A stretch of DNA of 32,000 nt. Origin: Aliivibrio fischeri ES114 (lineage in GTDB: Bacteria > Pseudomonadota > Gammaproteobacteria > Enterobacterales > Vibrionaceae). The translations under genes and the position numbers were made by a program. This document shows positions 9,663 to 19,871 of this stretch, in pieces; position 1 is the stretch's first letter, and each line of letters starts with the position of its first letter. The notes under the pieces are model-generated. The model saw only the letters and a program-made list of their open reading frames with translations, did not search any database and was not told the origin of the DNA. The stretch lies in NCBI RefSeq assembly GCF_000011805.1, contig NC_006840.2; one strand, written 5' to 3'.

Positions 9663-10106
9663 TTATTCAGTTTTACTTCGGCGAGCAAATTGAAGGGTTG
9701 AGAACTCATCCATCATTTTTTGCTCTTGCTTATCCAGCATTTTTTGTCGCTCTGCTTTTTTCTTATCCATCATCCACTCATAAGATCGTCGTTGCTTACG
9801 AGTCTCTTGCCAATAGGTCTGGCAATTATCCACTTGTGATGTGAAATGGGATTCTGCACTTTTTTGCTTGGTTAATGTTTCATCCAACTGAACCAAAAAC
9901 TTATTTAAATGACCATATTGGCTTGCAGTTAACCCTTGCTGGCCACGCTGCAATAATTGATTACAATAATCAAGACGGTATTTTTCAATCTGCTTTACTT
10001 GCTCATAAAAGTCTTCCAATTCAGCTTTGGCTTTGTTCAGCGCCATCACCGCTTGGTTTTCTCTTTCTTGGGCTTGCTCTAATAAGAAATCAAAAGTACT
10101 TGTCAT
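9663..10106 (-). CDS. fliJ: Flagellar protein FliJ
   Basis: 147-aa coiled-coil ORF downstream of fliI with FliJ-like composition. Confidence 0.93.
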   Translation of the reverse strand: MTSTFDFLLEQAQERENQAVMALNKAKAELEDFYEQVKQIEKYRLDYCNQLLQRGQQGLTASQYGHLNKFLVQLDETLTKQKSAESHFTSQVDNCQTYWQETRKQRRSYEWMMDKKKAERQKMLDKQEQKMMDEFSTLQFARRSKTE

Positions 10107-10116
10107 TTATTATGCC

Positions 10117-11436
10117 TTAGCCACTAAGCAACATTTTAAGCATGTTTTTACACATATCGTATGGAACACTTTCTTTCATACGCTGCTGTAAATATTCGTC
10201 TAATCTTGGTTTTAACGTAAACGCTTGATCAATAGCAGGATCAGTACCCGGTTTATACGCCCCAATCGACACCAAGTCTTGGTTTTTACGGCAAGTAGAC
10301 AACACTTGTCTCACCGCTTTAGACATAAGCATATGTTCTTCGTCGGTGATTTGTGGCATAACACGACTGACTGATTTCTCTACATCGATAGCAGGGTAAT
10401 GTCCGGCATCAGCCATTTCACGAGACAATACAATGTGTCCATCCAAAATCGCACGTGAAGCATCAGCAATAGGATCTTGTAAATCATCCCCTTCGGTTAA
10501 TACGGTAAAGAACGCCGTAATAGAGCCTTGATTTTCATTACCATTACCCGCTCGTTCAACCAATGCCGGTAATTTTGCAAATACAGAAGGCGGATAACCT
10601 TTGGTTGCCGGTGGCTCACCAACAGATAAGGCAATTTCACGCTGTGCTTGAGCAAAACGTGTTAACGAATCCATTAATAGTAAAACGTCTAAGCCTTGAT
10701 CGCGGAAATACTCAGCAATGGTTAATGCGGTTTGACACCCTTTTAATCGCATCAATGCAGATGCATCGGCAGGAGCGGCAACCACAACAGAGCGTTGGCG
10801 ACCTTCAGGACCTAAAATTTCTTCAATGAACTCTTTAACTTCACGTCCACGCTCACCAATTAAGCCAACCACAACCACTTGTGCTGTTGTACCACGAGTC
10901 ATCATGCCTAGTGTTACCGATTTACCAACACCAGAACCAGCGAATAAACCTAAACGCTGACCTTTACCCACAGTCAATAAGCCGTTAATTGCTTTTAAAC
11001 CAACATCAAGCGGCTCTGAAATAGGCTTTCGTGATAATGGGTTAATTGGCTCAGAAGTAAATGATGCTGTATGTTCAGTATAAAGTTCACCAAGACCGTC
11101 AATAGGATTACCAACCCCATCAACCACACGACCAAGTAGTTCCATACCAACAGGAATACCACTGCCATCGGCGATTGGAGTGACTTTAGCGCCAGGTAAT
11201 ACGCCTGAAACTTGTTCACTTGGCATTAAAAATAAGTTTTCACCAGAAAAGCCAACAACTTCGGCTTCAATCTCACCATTTACGGTTTCGACCAAACAGG
11301 AACTACCAATAGGCGCTCGACAACCTGTTGCTTCAAGTGTTAAACCAACAACACGCACTAATTTACCTGAGGCAATAGCGCGAGTGGTTAAGCCTGTGGT
11401 TTTATATTGAGATAAACGTTCAGATAATGGCAACAT
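10117..11436 (-). CDS. fliI: Flagellum-specific ATPase FliI
   Basis: 439-aa ORF with Walker [30 protein letters not shown] and [20 protein letters not shown]. Confidence 0.98.
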   Translation of the reverse strand: MLPLSERLSQYKTTGLTTRAIASGKLVRVVGLTLEATGCRAPIGSSCLVETVNGEIEAEVVGFSGENLFLMPSEQVSGVLPGAKVTPIADGSGIPVGMELLGRVVDGVGNPIDGLGELYTEHTASFTSEPINPLSRKPISEPLDVGLKAINGLLTVGKGQRLGLFAGSGVGKSVTLGMMTRGTTAQVVVVGLIGERGREVKEFIEEILGPEGRQRSVVVAAPADASALMRLKGCQTALTIAEYFRDQGLDVLLLMDSLTRFAQAQREIALSVGEPPATKGYPPSVFAKLPALVERAGNGNENQGSITAFFTVLTEGDDLQDPIADASRAILDGHIVLSREMADAGHYPAIDVEKSVSRVMPQITDEEHMLMSKAVRQVLSTCRKNQDLVSIGAYKPGTDPAIDQAFTLKPRLDEYLQQRMKESVPYDMCKNMLKMLLSG

Positions 11437-12233
11437 TACTGATTTCCTTGATGACGGTTCACACCACAGAATTTGTTCAGTACGCTCTTAATTCGTTCTT
11501 CTAGCAAATAACTCACTTTTGAATCAGAAGCTTGAATATTAATATCCCCCAAATTCATCGACGGCTCTGCGGTTAATGTCCACTGCTTTTGTGCTAATGC
11601 TTCCTCACCATATGCGTCAATGATACGTTGGTGATCTTCTGGATTCAACGCAATATTAATTTCACGCTCTGTAACAGGCAGTGTTTCTACAGACTCTCGA
11701 ACTGTATCTAAAATAACTTGAGGGTTTGTTTTTACTTCTACGTGAACCACTTCTTTAGTCAGTGCTAACACCATATCAATTAATTGTTTTTCAACTTGAG
11801 AATCAAGCAATGCTAATGGCTCAGCAAACTTATCAGCCATAGCAATTAACTGTTGAATACGTTCTTGAATCTCAGCTTGGCCTGCCGCAATCCCTTCATC
11901 ATAACCAACTTGATAACCTTCAGGCTTCCCTGCTTCAAAGCCTTCCGCTTGACCTTTTTCTAAACCTTCTTTGTAGCCAAACTCTTGGCCTTCCATTAAA
12001 CCTTCGTTGTAAGCGCCTTGCTTAATTTGCTCAATGATTTCTTCTGTTAAAACAAATTCTTCAGGCTCTTCTTCTTTTGGAAGCGATGGAGTCCAACTTG
12101 GATCGTAATTAAAAGCAGTTTCACGAGCAGGCTTATTTGGATCAGAGTAATCTGGGGACTCCCAAATATTGGTTTTTTGTAGTTCACTCTCATCGGTAAT
12201 GCGGATAAAGCCACGTTTTTTGCTAATACTCAT
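11436..12233 (-). CDS. fliH: Flagellar assembly protein FliH
   Basis: 265-aa ORF with Gly/Glu repeats ([26 protein letters not shown]) typical of FliH. Confidence 0.96.
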   Translation of the reverse strand: MSISKKRGFIRITDESELQKTNIWESPDYSDPNKPARETAFNYDPSWTPSLPKEEEPEEFVLTEEIIEQIKQGAYNEGLMEGQEFGYKEGLEKGQAEGFEAGKPEGYQVGYDEGIAAGQAEIQERIQQLIAMADKFAEPLALLDSQVEKQLIDMVLALTKEVVHVEVKTNPQVILDTVRESVETLPVTEREINIALNPEDHQRIIDAYGEEALAQKQWTLTAEPSMNLGDINIQASDSKVSYLLEERIKSVLNKFCGVNRHQGNQ

Positions 12234-12272
12234 GATGATAACTCGTAAAAAAGAAGAAGATTTAGAAAGAAT

Positions 12273-12307
12273 AACGGCTATTTCAATCCAATTATGAAAT
12301 AGCCGTT
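12273..12307 (-). promoter_or_regulatory. Intergenic RNA hairpin between fliG and fliH
   Basis: Perfect 13-bp inverted repeat AACGGCTATTTCA ... TGAAATAGCCGTT with 9-nt loop. Confidence 0.8.
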
Positions 12308-12336
12308 TAATTATAACTCAATGAAATGAAAACGTA

Positions 12337-13389
12337 TTATACGAATTCATCCGCACCGCCAGAAAGCATTAGATCACCAGAATCTGCCATTCGACGTGCC
12401 ACTGCCAGAATTTCTTTCTGAGCAGCTTCAACGTCTGCAACACGGACTGGACCCATAGCTTCAAGATCATCACGCATAAGTTCAGCTGCACGTTTCGACA
12501 TACACTTAAACATTTTCTCTTTAAGTGCATCATCTGCACCTTTTAGTGCTTTTTGCAGAACTTCTTGTGGAACATCACGCAATAGCATTTGAATACCTTG
12601 GTCTTGTACATCGATAAGGTTTTCAAATACAAACATAAGATCTTGAATCTGAGTTGCTGTCTCTTCATCTTGGTCACGGATTTGATCCATCAACATACCT
12701 TCAATGCTGTTATCTAGGTAGTTCATGATTTCTGCCGCTGCTTTCAGGCCGCCAATTTTCGCAGCTTGAGCACCAGATTGACCTGCGAATTGTTTCTCCA
12801 TGATTTCGTTCAATTCAGCAAGTGCTGATGGTTGGACTTCTTCAAGGTGCGCAATACGCATCATTAGATCAAGACGAACACGTTCAGGGAATTGAGATAA
12901 AATCTCCGCCGATTGGTCTGGATCTAAGTAAGATAATACGATGGTTTGGATCTGCGGGTGCTCATTCATAATGATGCTTGCCACTTGACGAGGATCCATC
13001 CATTTCAATGAATCCAAGCCTTTAGAACCGCTACCTAGTAGAATTTGATCGACTAGGTTATTCGCTTTATCTTCACCAAGAGCAGCAACTAATGCGTTAC
13101 GCATAAAGTCTTCGCTGCCCATACCAATGCTGGTGTATTTCTGAATATCTTCTAAGAACGCACGGTGAATCGCTGACACTTTGATCTGATTTAAGTCAGA
13201 TACGGTTGCCATTGCTGCACCTACTTTTTGAACTTGCTTTGGTTCTAAGTGACGAATAATACTTGCCGCATCTTCTTCACTTAAACTTAGCAATAAAATC
13301 GCTGCACGCTCTGAGCCTGATAATGAAGAAAGATCAAATTCTGGTGTTTCTTCTTCTTTATTTCCTGCTTCTACAATTTCATTAGCCAT
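12337..13389 (-). CDS. fliG: Flagellar motor switch protein FliG
   Basis: 350-aa ORF with GSERAAILLLSLSEEDAASIIRHLEPKQVQKVG and C-terminal EDLEAMGPVRVADVEAAQKEILAVARRMADSG. Confidence 0.98.
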   Translation of the reverse strand: MANEIVEAGNKEEETPEFDLSSLSGSERAAILLLSLSEEDAASIIRHLEPKQVQKVGAAMATVSDLNQIKVSAIHRAFLEDIQKYTSIGMGSEDFMRNALVAALGEDKANNLVDQILLGSGSKGLDSLKWMDPRQVASIIMNEHPQIQTIVLSYLDPDQSAEILSQFPERVRLDLMMRIAHLEEVQPSALAELNEIMEKQFAGQSGAQAAKIGGLKAAAEIMNYLDNSIEGMLMDQIRDQDEETATQIQDLMFVFENLIDVQDQGIQMLLRDVPQEVLQKALKGADDALKEKMFKCMSKRAAELMRDDLEAMGPVRVADVEAAQKEILAVARRMADSGDLMLSGGADEFV

Positions 13390-15115
13390 TTTCAGATACC
13401 CAGTTTCGAACTACTTGTGCTGCTAATTCCGGTTCATTTGCTACTAGCGCACGAACCGCTTTCAATAAATCTTCGTCTTTATGCAAGTTAGGAAGATCGA
13501 TGCCCGAACCAAACTCGAATCCATCTCCATCTAAATCACTGCCAATTAAGCCCATCTCACCTTCAGCATTACGTTCTGCATTTGCCAATGCTTCATCTTC
13601 TGCTTGATTAGGGAACAGTAATTTATTCATTGCTGGACGAACAAGAACAAGAATAACGGCGATAATAACCAAGGCACCAGCAAGCCATTTAACCCAATCG
13701 TTAAAGTTAGGGTTTTCCCAAATTGGCACATCAATCGCAATTGGTTGCTCTTCAATAGCAAACTTCACGCTCAGTACGTTCAGTAAATCACCACGTTGTT
13801 CATTTAGACCAACACTACCAATAATGATTTGACGGATCTTATCTAATTCTGCTGCTGAAATTGGTGTATAGGTAACTTCACCTGTTTCAGGGTTAACGCT
13901 TTGACGCTCTTTAACGGCAACAGATACCGTTTGTCGAGCTACGGTTCCTGTTTGTTTACGTTCGTGACTGATTGTTGTATCAAGTTCAAAGTTTCGTGTT
14001 GCTTCTTTATGAACTGAACCTTGACCTAATACCGAACCATCTTTTAATTCTGCGATATCTTGAGGGATAGCGGAATCTACCGGCGGTTGGTTACTTAGCG
14101 CACCAGGAACACCTGCAATCACATTACCGTTGTTATAATCTTCTAACGTGTATTCACTTCGAGTAGATGGCGTTTGAGGATCAAATTGCTTACGAGTTTG
14201 CTCAACAGCACTGAAATCCATAGACACATCCACTTGAGCTGTATAGTTACCTAAACCCAAAATAGGAATAAGGATTGCGTCAATTTTATCTCGTAAAGAT
14301 TGCTCTTGTTTACGCTCTAACTCTTGCTCTTTTCGATGAGCCATTGCCATCGGATCTTGCGTACCAGAGCTAAGAAGACGACCATGCTGATCCGTTACGG
14401 TAACACGTGTTGGTTTCATTCCTGGAACCGCACTTGCAACCATATCAACAATCGAATCTACTTCTTCTTGTTTTAGCATTGCACCCATTCGCATGGTCAA
14501 GAATACCGTTGCTGACGCTTCTTGATTATGACGAACAAATACGCTTTGTTTTGGCATTGCGAGTAATACTTGAGCTTTACGAATTGGTCTCATTTGCTCA
14601 AATGTACTTGCTAATTGGCGTTCACGACTTAGTTTTAGACGCTCTTGCTCTAAACGCTGTGAAACCCCAAAGCCCATATCTTGCAATAAAATATCATCTC
14701 CCTCACCAACGGCTTTATTTAAGCCTGCGCGAGACAAATCAAGATTCATTTTACTGAATTCAGAGGCGGGAACTAAAATGGTATTACCATCTAGTTTGTA
14801 TTCTGCTTTTTGAGCATCAAGATGATCAAGCACTTGGATTAGTTCATCTGTTTCATAAACTCCAAGCGGACGCATCTCTGGTTCTTGAACCCAAAAGAAA
14901 AGCATGACAATTAACGCCACACAAATAGAAACAGATAATACGAGGATAACCTGACGTAATAAGTCAAGATTACCCAAAGCTGAATCTAATTTTGAAGAAC
15001 TTTGCTCATCAACATCTGGATTTTGTACGTCAACAGAGCTATCCAGTGCCATAGCACCGCCTGTTGGCATATCATCCGATACGGCTAAGTTCGTGTTTTT
15101 GTTCTCTTCCGACAC
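13382..15115 (-). CDS. fliF: Flagellar M-ring protein FliF
   Basis: 577-aa ORF with two TM segments, NLARAGLNKAVGEGDDILLQ and KRRQARVLLAMPKQSVF-type M-ring motifs. Confidence 0.98.
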   Translation of the reverse strand: MSEENKNTNLAVSDDMPTGGAMALDSSVDVQNPDVDEQSSSKLDSALGNLDLLRQVILVLSVSICVALIVMLFFWVQEPEMRPLGVYETDELIQVLDHLDAQKAEYKLDGNTILVPASEFSKMNLDLSRAGLNKAVGEGDDILLQDMGFGVSQRLEQERLKLSRERQLASTFEQMRPIRKAQVLLAMPKQSVFVRHNQEASATVFLTMRMGAMLKQEEVDSIVDMVASAVPGMKPTRVTVTDQHGRLLSSGTQDPMAMAHRKEQELERKQEQSLRDKIDAILIPILGLGNYTAQVDVSMDFSAVEQTRKQFDPQTPSTRSEYTLEDYNNGNVIAGVPGALSNQPPVDSAIPQDIAELKDGSVLGQGSVHKEATRNFELDTTISHERKQTGTVARQTVSVAVKERQSVNPETGEVTYTPISAAELDKIRQIIIGSVGLNEQRGDLLNVLSVKFAIEEQPIAIDVPIWENPNFNDWVKWLAGALVIIAVILVLVRPAMNKLLFPNQAEDEALANAERNAEGEMGLIGSDLDGDGFEFGSGIDLPNLHKDEDLLKAVRALVANEPELAAQVVRNWVSENG

Positions 15116-15132
15116 GCTTTAATTCCTAGAAA

Positions 15133-15444
15133 TTAGACTGGCATATTCATCAGTGCTTTATAAGCATCAACTAGCTTATTGCGCACTTGAATTGTGGCAT
15201 CAAATGCAACGCTTGATTTATTTCGTGCAATCATAACGTCTGATAATGAAACCCCTTCATCACCTCTGTCAAAACGCACTGCTAAATCACTTGATGCCTT
15301 TTGTAATCCATTTACGTTATTGACGGCTTTCGCAAACATTGCACTGAAGTCCGCACCGACTTCTTTTCCTGTTACTTGACGCGTTGTATTTGACGCGTCA
15401 AGCATCATTGCTTGCATCTCGTCCTGTAAACCACCGATTTTCAT
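15133..15444 (-). CDS. fliE: Flagellar hook-basal body complex protein FliE
   Basis: 103-aa ORF ending NKLVDAYKALMNMPV, characteristic of FliE. Confidence 0.96.
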   Translation of the reverse strand: MKIGGLQDEMQAMMLDASNTTRQVTGKEVGADFSAMFAKAVNNVNGLQKASSDLAVRFDRGDEGVSLSDVMIARNKSSVAFDATIQVRNKLVDAYKALMNMPV

Positions 15445-15501
15445 TTCTATTCTCCGACCCAGTCAACTTCTTGACTTAATTTTACGACCCGAAGTATATA
15501 A

Positions 15502-15517
15502 AGCAATTTACATACCA
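15502..15517 (-). promoter_or_regulatory. Predicted sigma-54 promoter for fliE operon
   Basis: Minus strand TGGTATGTAAATTGCT, GG-N10-GC spacing, about 60 bp upstream of fliE. Confidence 0.65.
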
Positions 15518-15544
15518 ATATATCAATAACGATAACTCATTGTT

Positions 15545-16978
15545 TTAACTTGGGATATCTATTCCAGCATCACGCATCTTCGCTAGCTTGTAACGTAACG
15601 TTCTTGGGCTAATACCTAGTTTTTCAGCGACATCTTTTCGCTTCCCATCACAGGCTTTTATGGTTTCAAGGATAATGATAAATTCTTGTTCTCGAAGTTC
15701 ACCACCTAAACCACTAGATGCAACCAAAACCTCACTTTCTTCAGACGTTGCTGGTGCACCTGTCTCGTTTATTGACGGTACTTGTTGCTCTGGTCTAATT
15801 GTTGGCGCTTCACCACTTACTACTTGTTGTAAGCCGTCCGCATCTGCCCAATCAACCCCTTCTAATAAAACATCATCCGCAGTGATCGTATGTTCTTCTG
15901 CAAGAATAAGCGCACGCTGAACGACGTTATCTAATTCACGAACGTTACCCGGCCATGGGTATGCTTCTAGTTTTTGAGTCGCTTCTGCACTAAAACTAGG
16001 AACTGGTAAACCTTGTTTTTGACAGTGACGCTCTACTAAGTGTTGAGCTATCGGTGCAATATCACCTTTACGATCTTTCAATGGCGGCCATGCAATTGGG
16101 AATACGTTTAAGCGGTAATATAAATCTTCACGGAAGTTGCCTTCTTCGACGTACTTTTTCAGATCACGGTTACTGGTTGCTAAGATACGTACATCCAACT
16201 TAATGCTCTTACGACCACCTAAACGTTCAACTTCACGTTCTTGCAATACACGCAGTAACTTAGCTTGTAGGTTAAGATCCATTTCACTGATCTCATCCAG
16301 TAAAATAGTACCACCTTGAGCTTGTTCAAATTTCCCCGGACAGGCTTGAACTGCCCCTGTAAAGGCACCTTTTTCATAACCAAATAATGTAGCTTCTAAC
16401 ATGTTGTCAGGAATAGCAGCACAGTTAATGGCAACAAATGGGCCTTCACTTCGTTGTGAATTATTGTGGATGTAGCGTGACATGACTTCTTTACCTGAAC
16501 CACTAGGACCAAGCACCATCACGTTAGCGTCTGTACGTGCGACTTTATCAGCTAATTTAAGTAGCTTAAGACTCTTTTCATCAGCAACGATAGCATCACC
16601 CGTTTGCTCAGTTTTCACTGGTGCATAACGGCTGACCATATTCAGTAATACTTCTGGTGCAAATGGCTTAGCCATATAATCAATAGCACCGTCTTTCATT
16701 GCAGAAACCGCATCTTCAATATTGGCGTAAGCCGTCATTAAAAGAACCGGAAGATTCGGCCAATTCAATTTAATACTGCGCAATAAAGCCAATCCACCCA
16801 TGCCTGCCATTTGAACATCAGAAACAACAATATCAACGGGCTCTTTCTTCAAAATAAGTAATGCTGTTTCTGCGCTATCGGCTTCTACCCACTCGTAACC
16901 AGCTAACTCTAGCGTGTCGATCAAGGCTTCACGTAAACCTTCATCATCCTCGACAATTAATACTTTGCTTTGTGCCAT
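15545..16978 (-). CDS. flrC: Sigma-54-dependent response regulator FlrC
   Basis: 477-aa ORF: receiver domain (DVQMAGMGG, K at PFAPE), AAA+ domain with GAFTGA, C-terminal HTH (RKDVAEKLGISPRTLRYKLAKMRDAG). Confidence 0.95.
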   Translation of the reverse strand: MAQSKVLIVEDDEGLREALIDTLELAGYEWVEADSAETALLILKKEPVDIVVSDVQMAGMGGLALLRSIKLNWPNLPVLLMTAYANIEDAVSAMKDGAIDYMAKPFAPEVLLNMVSRYAPVKTEQTGDAIVADEKSLKLLKLADKVARTDANVMVLGPSGSGKEVMSRYIHNNSQRSEGPFVAINCAAIPDNMLEATLFGYEKGAFTGAVQACPGKFEQAQGGTILLDEISEMDLNLQAKLLRVLQEREVERLGGRKSIKLDVRILATSNRDLKKYVEEGNFREDLYYRLNVFPIAWPPLKDRKGDIAPIAQHLVERHCQKQGLPVPSFSAEATQKLEAYPWPGNVRELDNVVQRALILAEEHTITADDVLLEGVDWADADGLQQVVSGEAPTIRPEQQVPSINETGAPATSEESEVLVASSGLGGELREQEFIIILETIKACDGKRKDVAEKLGISPRTLRYKLAKMRDAGIDIPS

Positions 16979-16981
16979 GAT

Positions 16982-18043
16982 TTATTCTCCAGATTCTGTT
17001 TGAGCTAGGCTGTCTGTTGGGGTTGCTGATAGTGGAATTGACATGGTAAAACATGCGCCATCATCCGGTTCTGAATACAATTCAAGTTGTCCTTTGTGAG
17101 CTCGACAAACCATTTGTACAACCGCAAGACCAAGACCTGTGCCTTGAGAGCGAGTAGTAAAAAATGGTTCCATTATTTTGTCTTGTAACTCTAGTGGTAT
17201 ACCGGGGCCATTATCTTGCACCGATATTTTTAAAAACCCATTCACAGGTCTGAAAAAGACGTCTATTTGACATCCCTTCCCTATCACTTGAATGGCATTC
17301 ATGATCAAATTACTAATAGCGCTAGCAATGGCATTGGCGTTGCCCATTAGCACTGTATCTTCATGTTCGACTTCTAAGTAGTAATCGACTTGATTTGATT
17401 GCAGAGCGGTTTCAACCATTGGACGATATTCAGCAACCAAGTCACCTATTGTGAATGGCTTAACAACTTTATTATCACCGCCTTTAGCAAAGAGAAGCAT
17501 GTCATTCACTTGCTTTTCTAGATCATGAAGGCGATCAACCAATTTGGTTTGAAAACGTTTATGTGTTGCGGCTGGTAAATTTGGTGATCCTAAGTTTGAG
17601 GCGTACAACATCGCACTCGACAGCGGTGTTCTCACTTGGTGAGCTAACGATGCAACCATCTTACCTAATGAAGATAGTCGTTGAAGATCACTCACACGAG
17701 ATTGCAATAAACGCGTTTCAGTCAGATCAGTGATCAGTATTAGTTGACCTGTTTCTGATGCCGAAATTGCCAATCGAACTTTGCGTCCATTACGCAATGA
17801 GATCTCATGACCATCATCTTCTCTTGGATCAAACGATCGTTGAATGACTTCAAACCAACGCTCTCCCAATAGAGGTAGACCTAAAAGCTTAATTGCTTCT
17901 GGATTGACTTCACACACCATACCTTGTGTATCAAGTAAAATAACACCAGCTGGCATAACATCTAGCACTTGCTTATATCGTGTATTTTGCTCTTCTACTG
18001 TGCCAAGAGGTGAGTTTAATTCACCCTCAGAATTACCCTGCAT
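16982..18043 (-). CDS. flrB: Flagellar sensor histidine kinase FlrB (start corrected from 18082 to 18043)
   Basis: PAS-like domain, H-box SLGKMVASLAHQVRTPLSSAM, N/G boxes. Internal start MQGNSEGELNS chosen because the longest-ORF ATG at 18082 lies upstream of the predicted sigma-54 transcription start. Confidence 0.9.
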   Translation of the reverse strand: MQGNSEGELNSPLGTVEEQNTRYKQVLDVMPAGVILLDTQGMVCEVNPEAIKLLGLPLLGERWFEVIQRSFDPREDDGHEISLRNGRKVRLAISASETGQLILITDLTETRLLQSRVSDLQRLSSLGKMVASLAHQVRTPLSSAMLYASNLGSPNLPAATHKRFQTKLVDRLHDLEKQVNDMLLFAKGGDNKVVKPFTIGDLVAEYRPMVETALQSNQVDYYLEVEHEDTVLMGNANAIASAISNLIMNAIQVIGKGCQIDVFFRPVNGFLKISVQDNGPGIPLELQDKIMEPFFTTRSQGTGLGLAVVQMVCRAHKGQLELYSEPDDGACFTMSIPLSATPTDSLAQTESGE

Positions 18044-18065
18044 AATTTTATTCCCGCCAAAACAA

Positions 18066-18102
18066 CAAAAGGGCTGATGCATTTTACATGCCAGCCCTTT
18101 TG
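18066..18102 (-). terminator. Rho-independent terminator downstream of flrA
   Basis: Minus strand CAAAAGGGCTG / CAGCCCTTTTG perfect 11-bp arms, extra inner GCAT/ATGC pairing, followed by TTGTTTT. Confidence 0.8.
18078..18093 (-). promoter_or_regulatory. Predicted sigma-54 promoter for flrBC
   Basis: Minus strand TGGCATGTAAAATGCA, correct GG-N10-GC spacing. Confidence 0.78.
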
Positions 18103-18201
18103 GTATTTATTATCAATAACTTACACTGCACATGTAAGCTTGACGGTCAAATTTTTGTCATTTAAATTAGTGAAACGTTATCTCTTTTTGACTAAAGAGT
18201 A

Positions 18202-19683
18202 TTAACGCATATCATCTTTATTTAAATTATATTTACGCATTTTCTCAACAAGAGTAGTACGACGCATACCTAACATGTCAGCTGCTCGTGCAACAACACC
18301 ATTTTGCGCTTCAAGTGCTTGGCATATCATATTAACTTCAACTTCAGCTAACATCTCTTTCAGATTTAAACCATCTTCTGGTAAATCATTCGATGTTGGT
18401 CCTGCGTTTTGCATTCCTTGTTGAGGAATACCACCATCACTAAAGTTAGCAAACATGTCAGCTAATGCCGCTTGTTCTTGCTCTTCAATTGATTGCTGAT
18501 TGTAATTCTCAGGTTGGAACTCTGGAATATCACTATAACGATACTTCGTTGGTAAGTGATTTACGTCCACCGATTCCCCAGGGAATAAGATCATCAAACG
18601 CTCAATTAAGTTTGCTAATTCACGTACGTTACCAGGCCAATGGTGTTCCATTAACGAGTTAACGGCACGAGGAGTTAGTCGTACACGTGTACTGCCTTCA
18701 GCTTCCATTCTTGCTAATAACTCTTGCAGCAACAAAGGAATATCTTGCTTACGTTCACGTAATGCTGGCATTTCAATTGGGAAAACATTTAAACGATAAT
18801 ACAGATCTTCACGGAATGTGCCTTTCTCTATCATCTCATCTAAATTACGGTGCGTCGCAGCAACAATACGAACATCTGCACGAATACTTTGATTGCCGCC
18901 TACACGCTCAAAACAACGCTCTTGAAGAACACGAAGTAATTTCACCTGCATCGGCATTGGCATATCACCAATTTCATCTAAAAATAACGTACCGCCTTGC
19001 GCAAGTTCAAAGCGACCTTTACGTGCAGTAATTGCACCAGTAAACGCCCCTTTCTCATGGCCAAACAGTTCACTTTCTAGAAGATCTGGTGGGATTGCAC
19101 CACAGTTAACCGGAACAAATGGTCCTTTACGGCGTGGCGAATGATAGTGCAAGTTACGTGCAACTACTTCTTTACCCGTACCCGATTCACCCAAAACCAA
19201 TACACTTGCTTCTGTACCTGAAACTTGTTCAATTAAATGGCGAACAGTACTAATAGCTGTACTTTGTCCAACCATACTACGGAATAACGTATTTTTACGG
19301 CCTAGGTGGGGTACTTCTAACCCACGACGACCCATAAATTCTTGGCAATGACGTAACGCATCGGTTAATTGAGGATAATTAACTGGTTGATTCAGTTCAC
19401 CTACATAGTTTGTCAATTCCTCAACATCATGCATAGCCCCCGCAAGCATAATGACTGGAATATGATTATGTACAACTAATGAACTTTTGATTATATCTTT
19501 CAGCGCTTGGTCAGAAACTTGACCTAAAAAACAAGCACTCCATGGCTCACTCCACTCAAAAGTAGACAATTCTGAAGCTGAAATGGCATGACAATGTTCA
19601 CCGATAAACTCAAGGATCACCTTAAGATTATGACGGCTCTGAGCATCATCTTCAATAATAAGAGTCTTTGCTAAACCTTGCAT
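18202..19683 (-). CDS. flrA: Sigma-54-dependent master flagellar activator FlrA
   Basis: 493-aa ORF: degenerate N-terminal receiver-like domain, AAA+ domain with GESGTGKE and GAFTGA, Fis-type HTH ([21 protein letters not shown]). Confidence 0.95.
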   Translation of the reverse strand: MQGLAKTLIIEDDAQSRHNLKVILEFIGEHCHAISASELSTFEWSEPWSACFLGQVSDQALKDIIKSSLVVHNHIPVIMLAGAMHDVEELTNYVGELNQPVNYPQLTDALRHCQEFMGRRGLEVPHLGRKNTLFRSMVGQSTAISTVRHLIEQVSGTEASVLVLGESGTGKEVVARNLHYHSPRRKGPFVPVNCGAIPPDLLESELFGHEKGAFTGAITARKGRFELAQGGTLFLDEIGDMPMPMQVKLLRVLQERCFERVGGNQSIRADVRIVAATHRNLDEMIEKGTFREDLYYRLNVFPIEMPALRERKQDIPLLLQELLARMEAEGSTRVRLTPRAVNSLMEHHWPGNVRELANLIERLMILFPGESVDVNHLPTKYRYSDIPEFQPENYNQQSIEEQEQAALADMFANFSDGGIPQQGMQNAGPTSNDLPEDGLNLKEMLAEVEVNMICQALEAQNGVVARAADMLGMRRTTLVEKMRKYNLNKDDMR

Positions 19684-19783
19684 AGATGTGGATATGCCTT
19701 AATTCTTTGATTTATGTGGTCTATTCATTGAACAGCAACGAAATATTGCCCACATATTATAGCATAAGAAAAATAAGGCAACT

Positions 19784-19809
19784 ATGACTGTCTACTTATC
19801 GACAGTCAT
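19784..19809 (-). terminator. Candidate terminator/hairpin downstream of fliS
   Basis: ATGACTGTC / GACAGTCAT perfect 9-bp arms with 8-nt loop, followed on the minus strand by AGTTGCCTTATTTTTC (moderate T richness). Confidence 0.55.
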
Positions 19810-19871
19810 GTTGTAAATGAGAGGTTAGTATAAAAATCGAAAAATAAATTTGATTTATAAAATCGGTTTAA

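Noticed and set aside
9641-9844. Plus-strand ORFs over fliJ and fliI (9641-9844, 9875-10120, 10563-10829)
   Set aside because: Fully overlap conserved minus-strand genes and resemble no known family.
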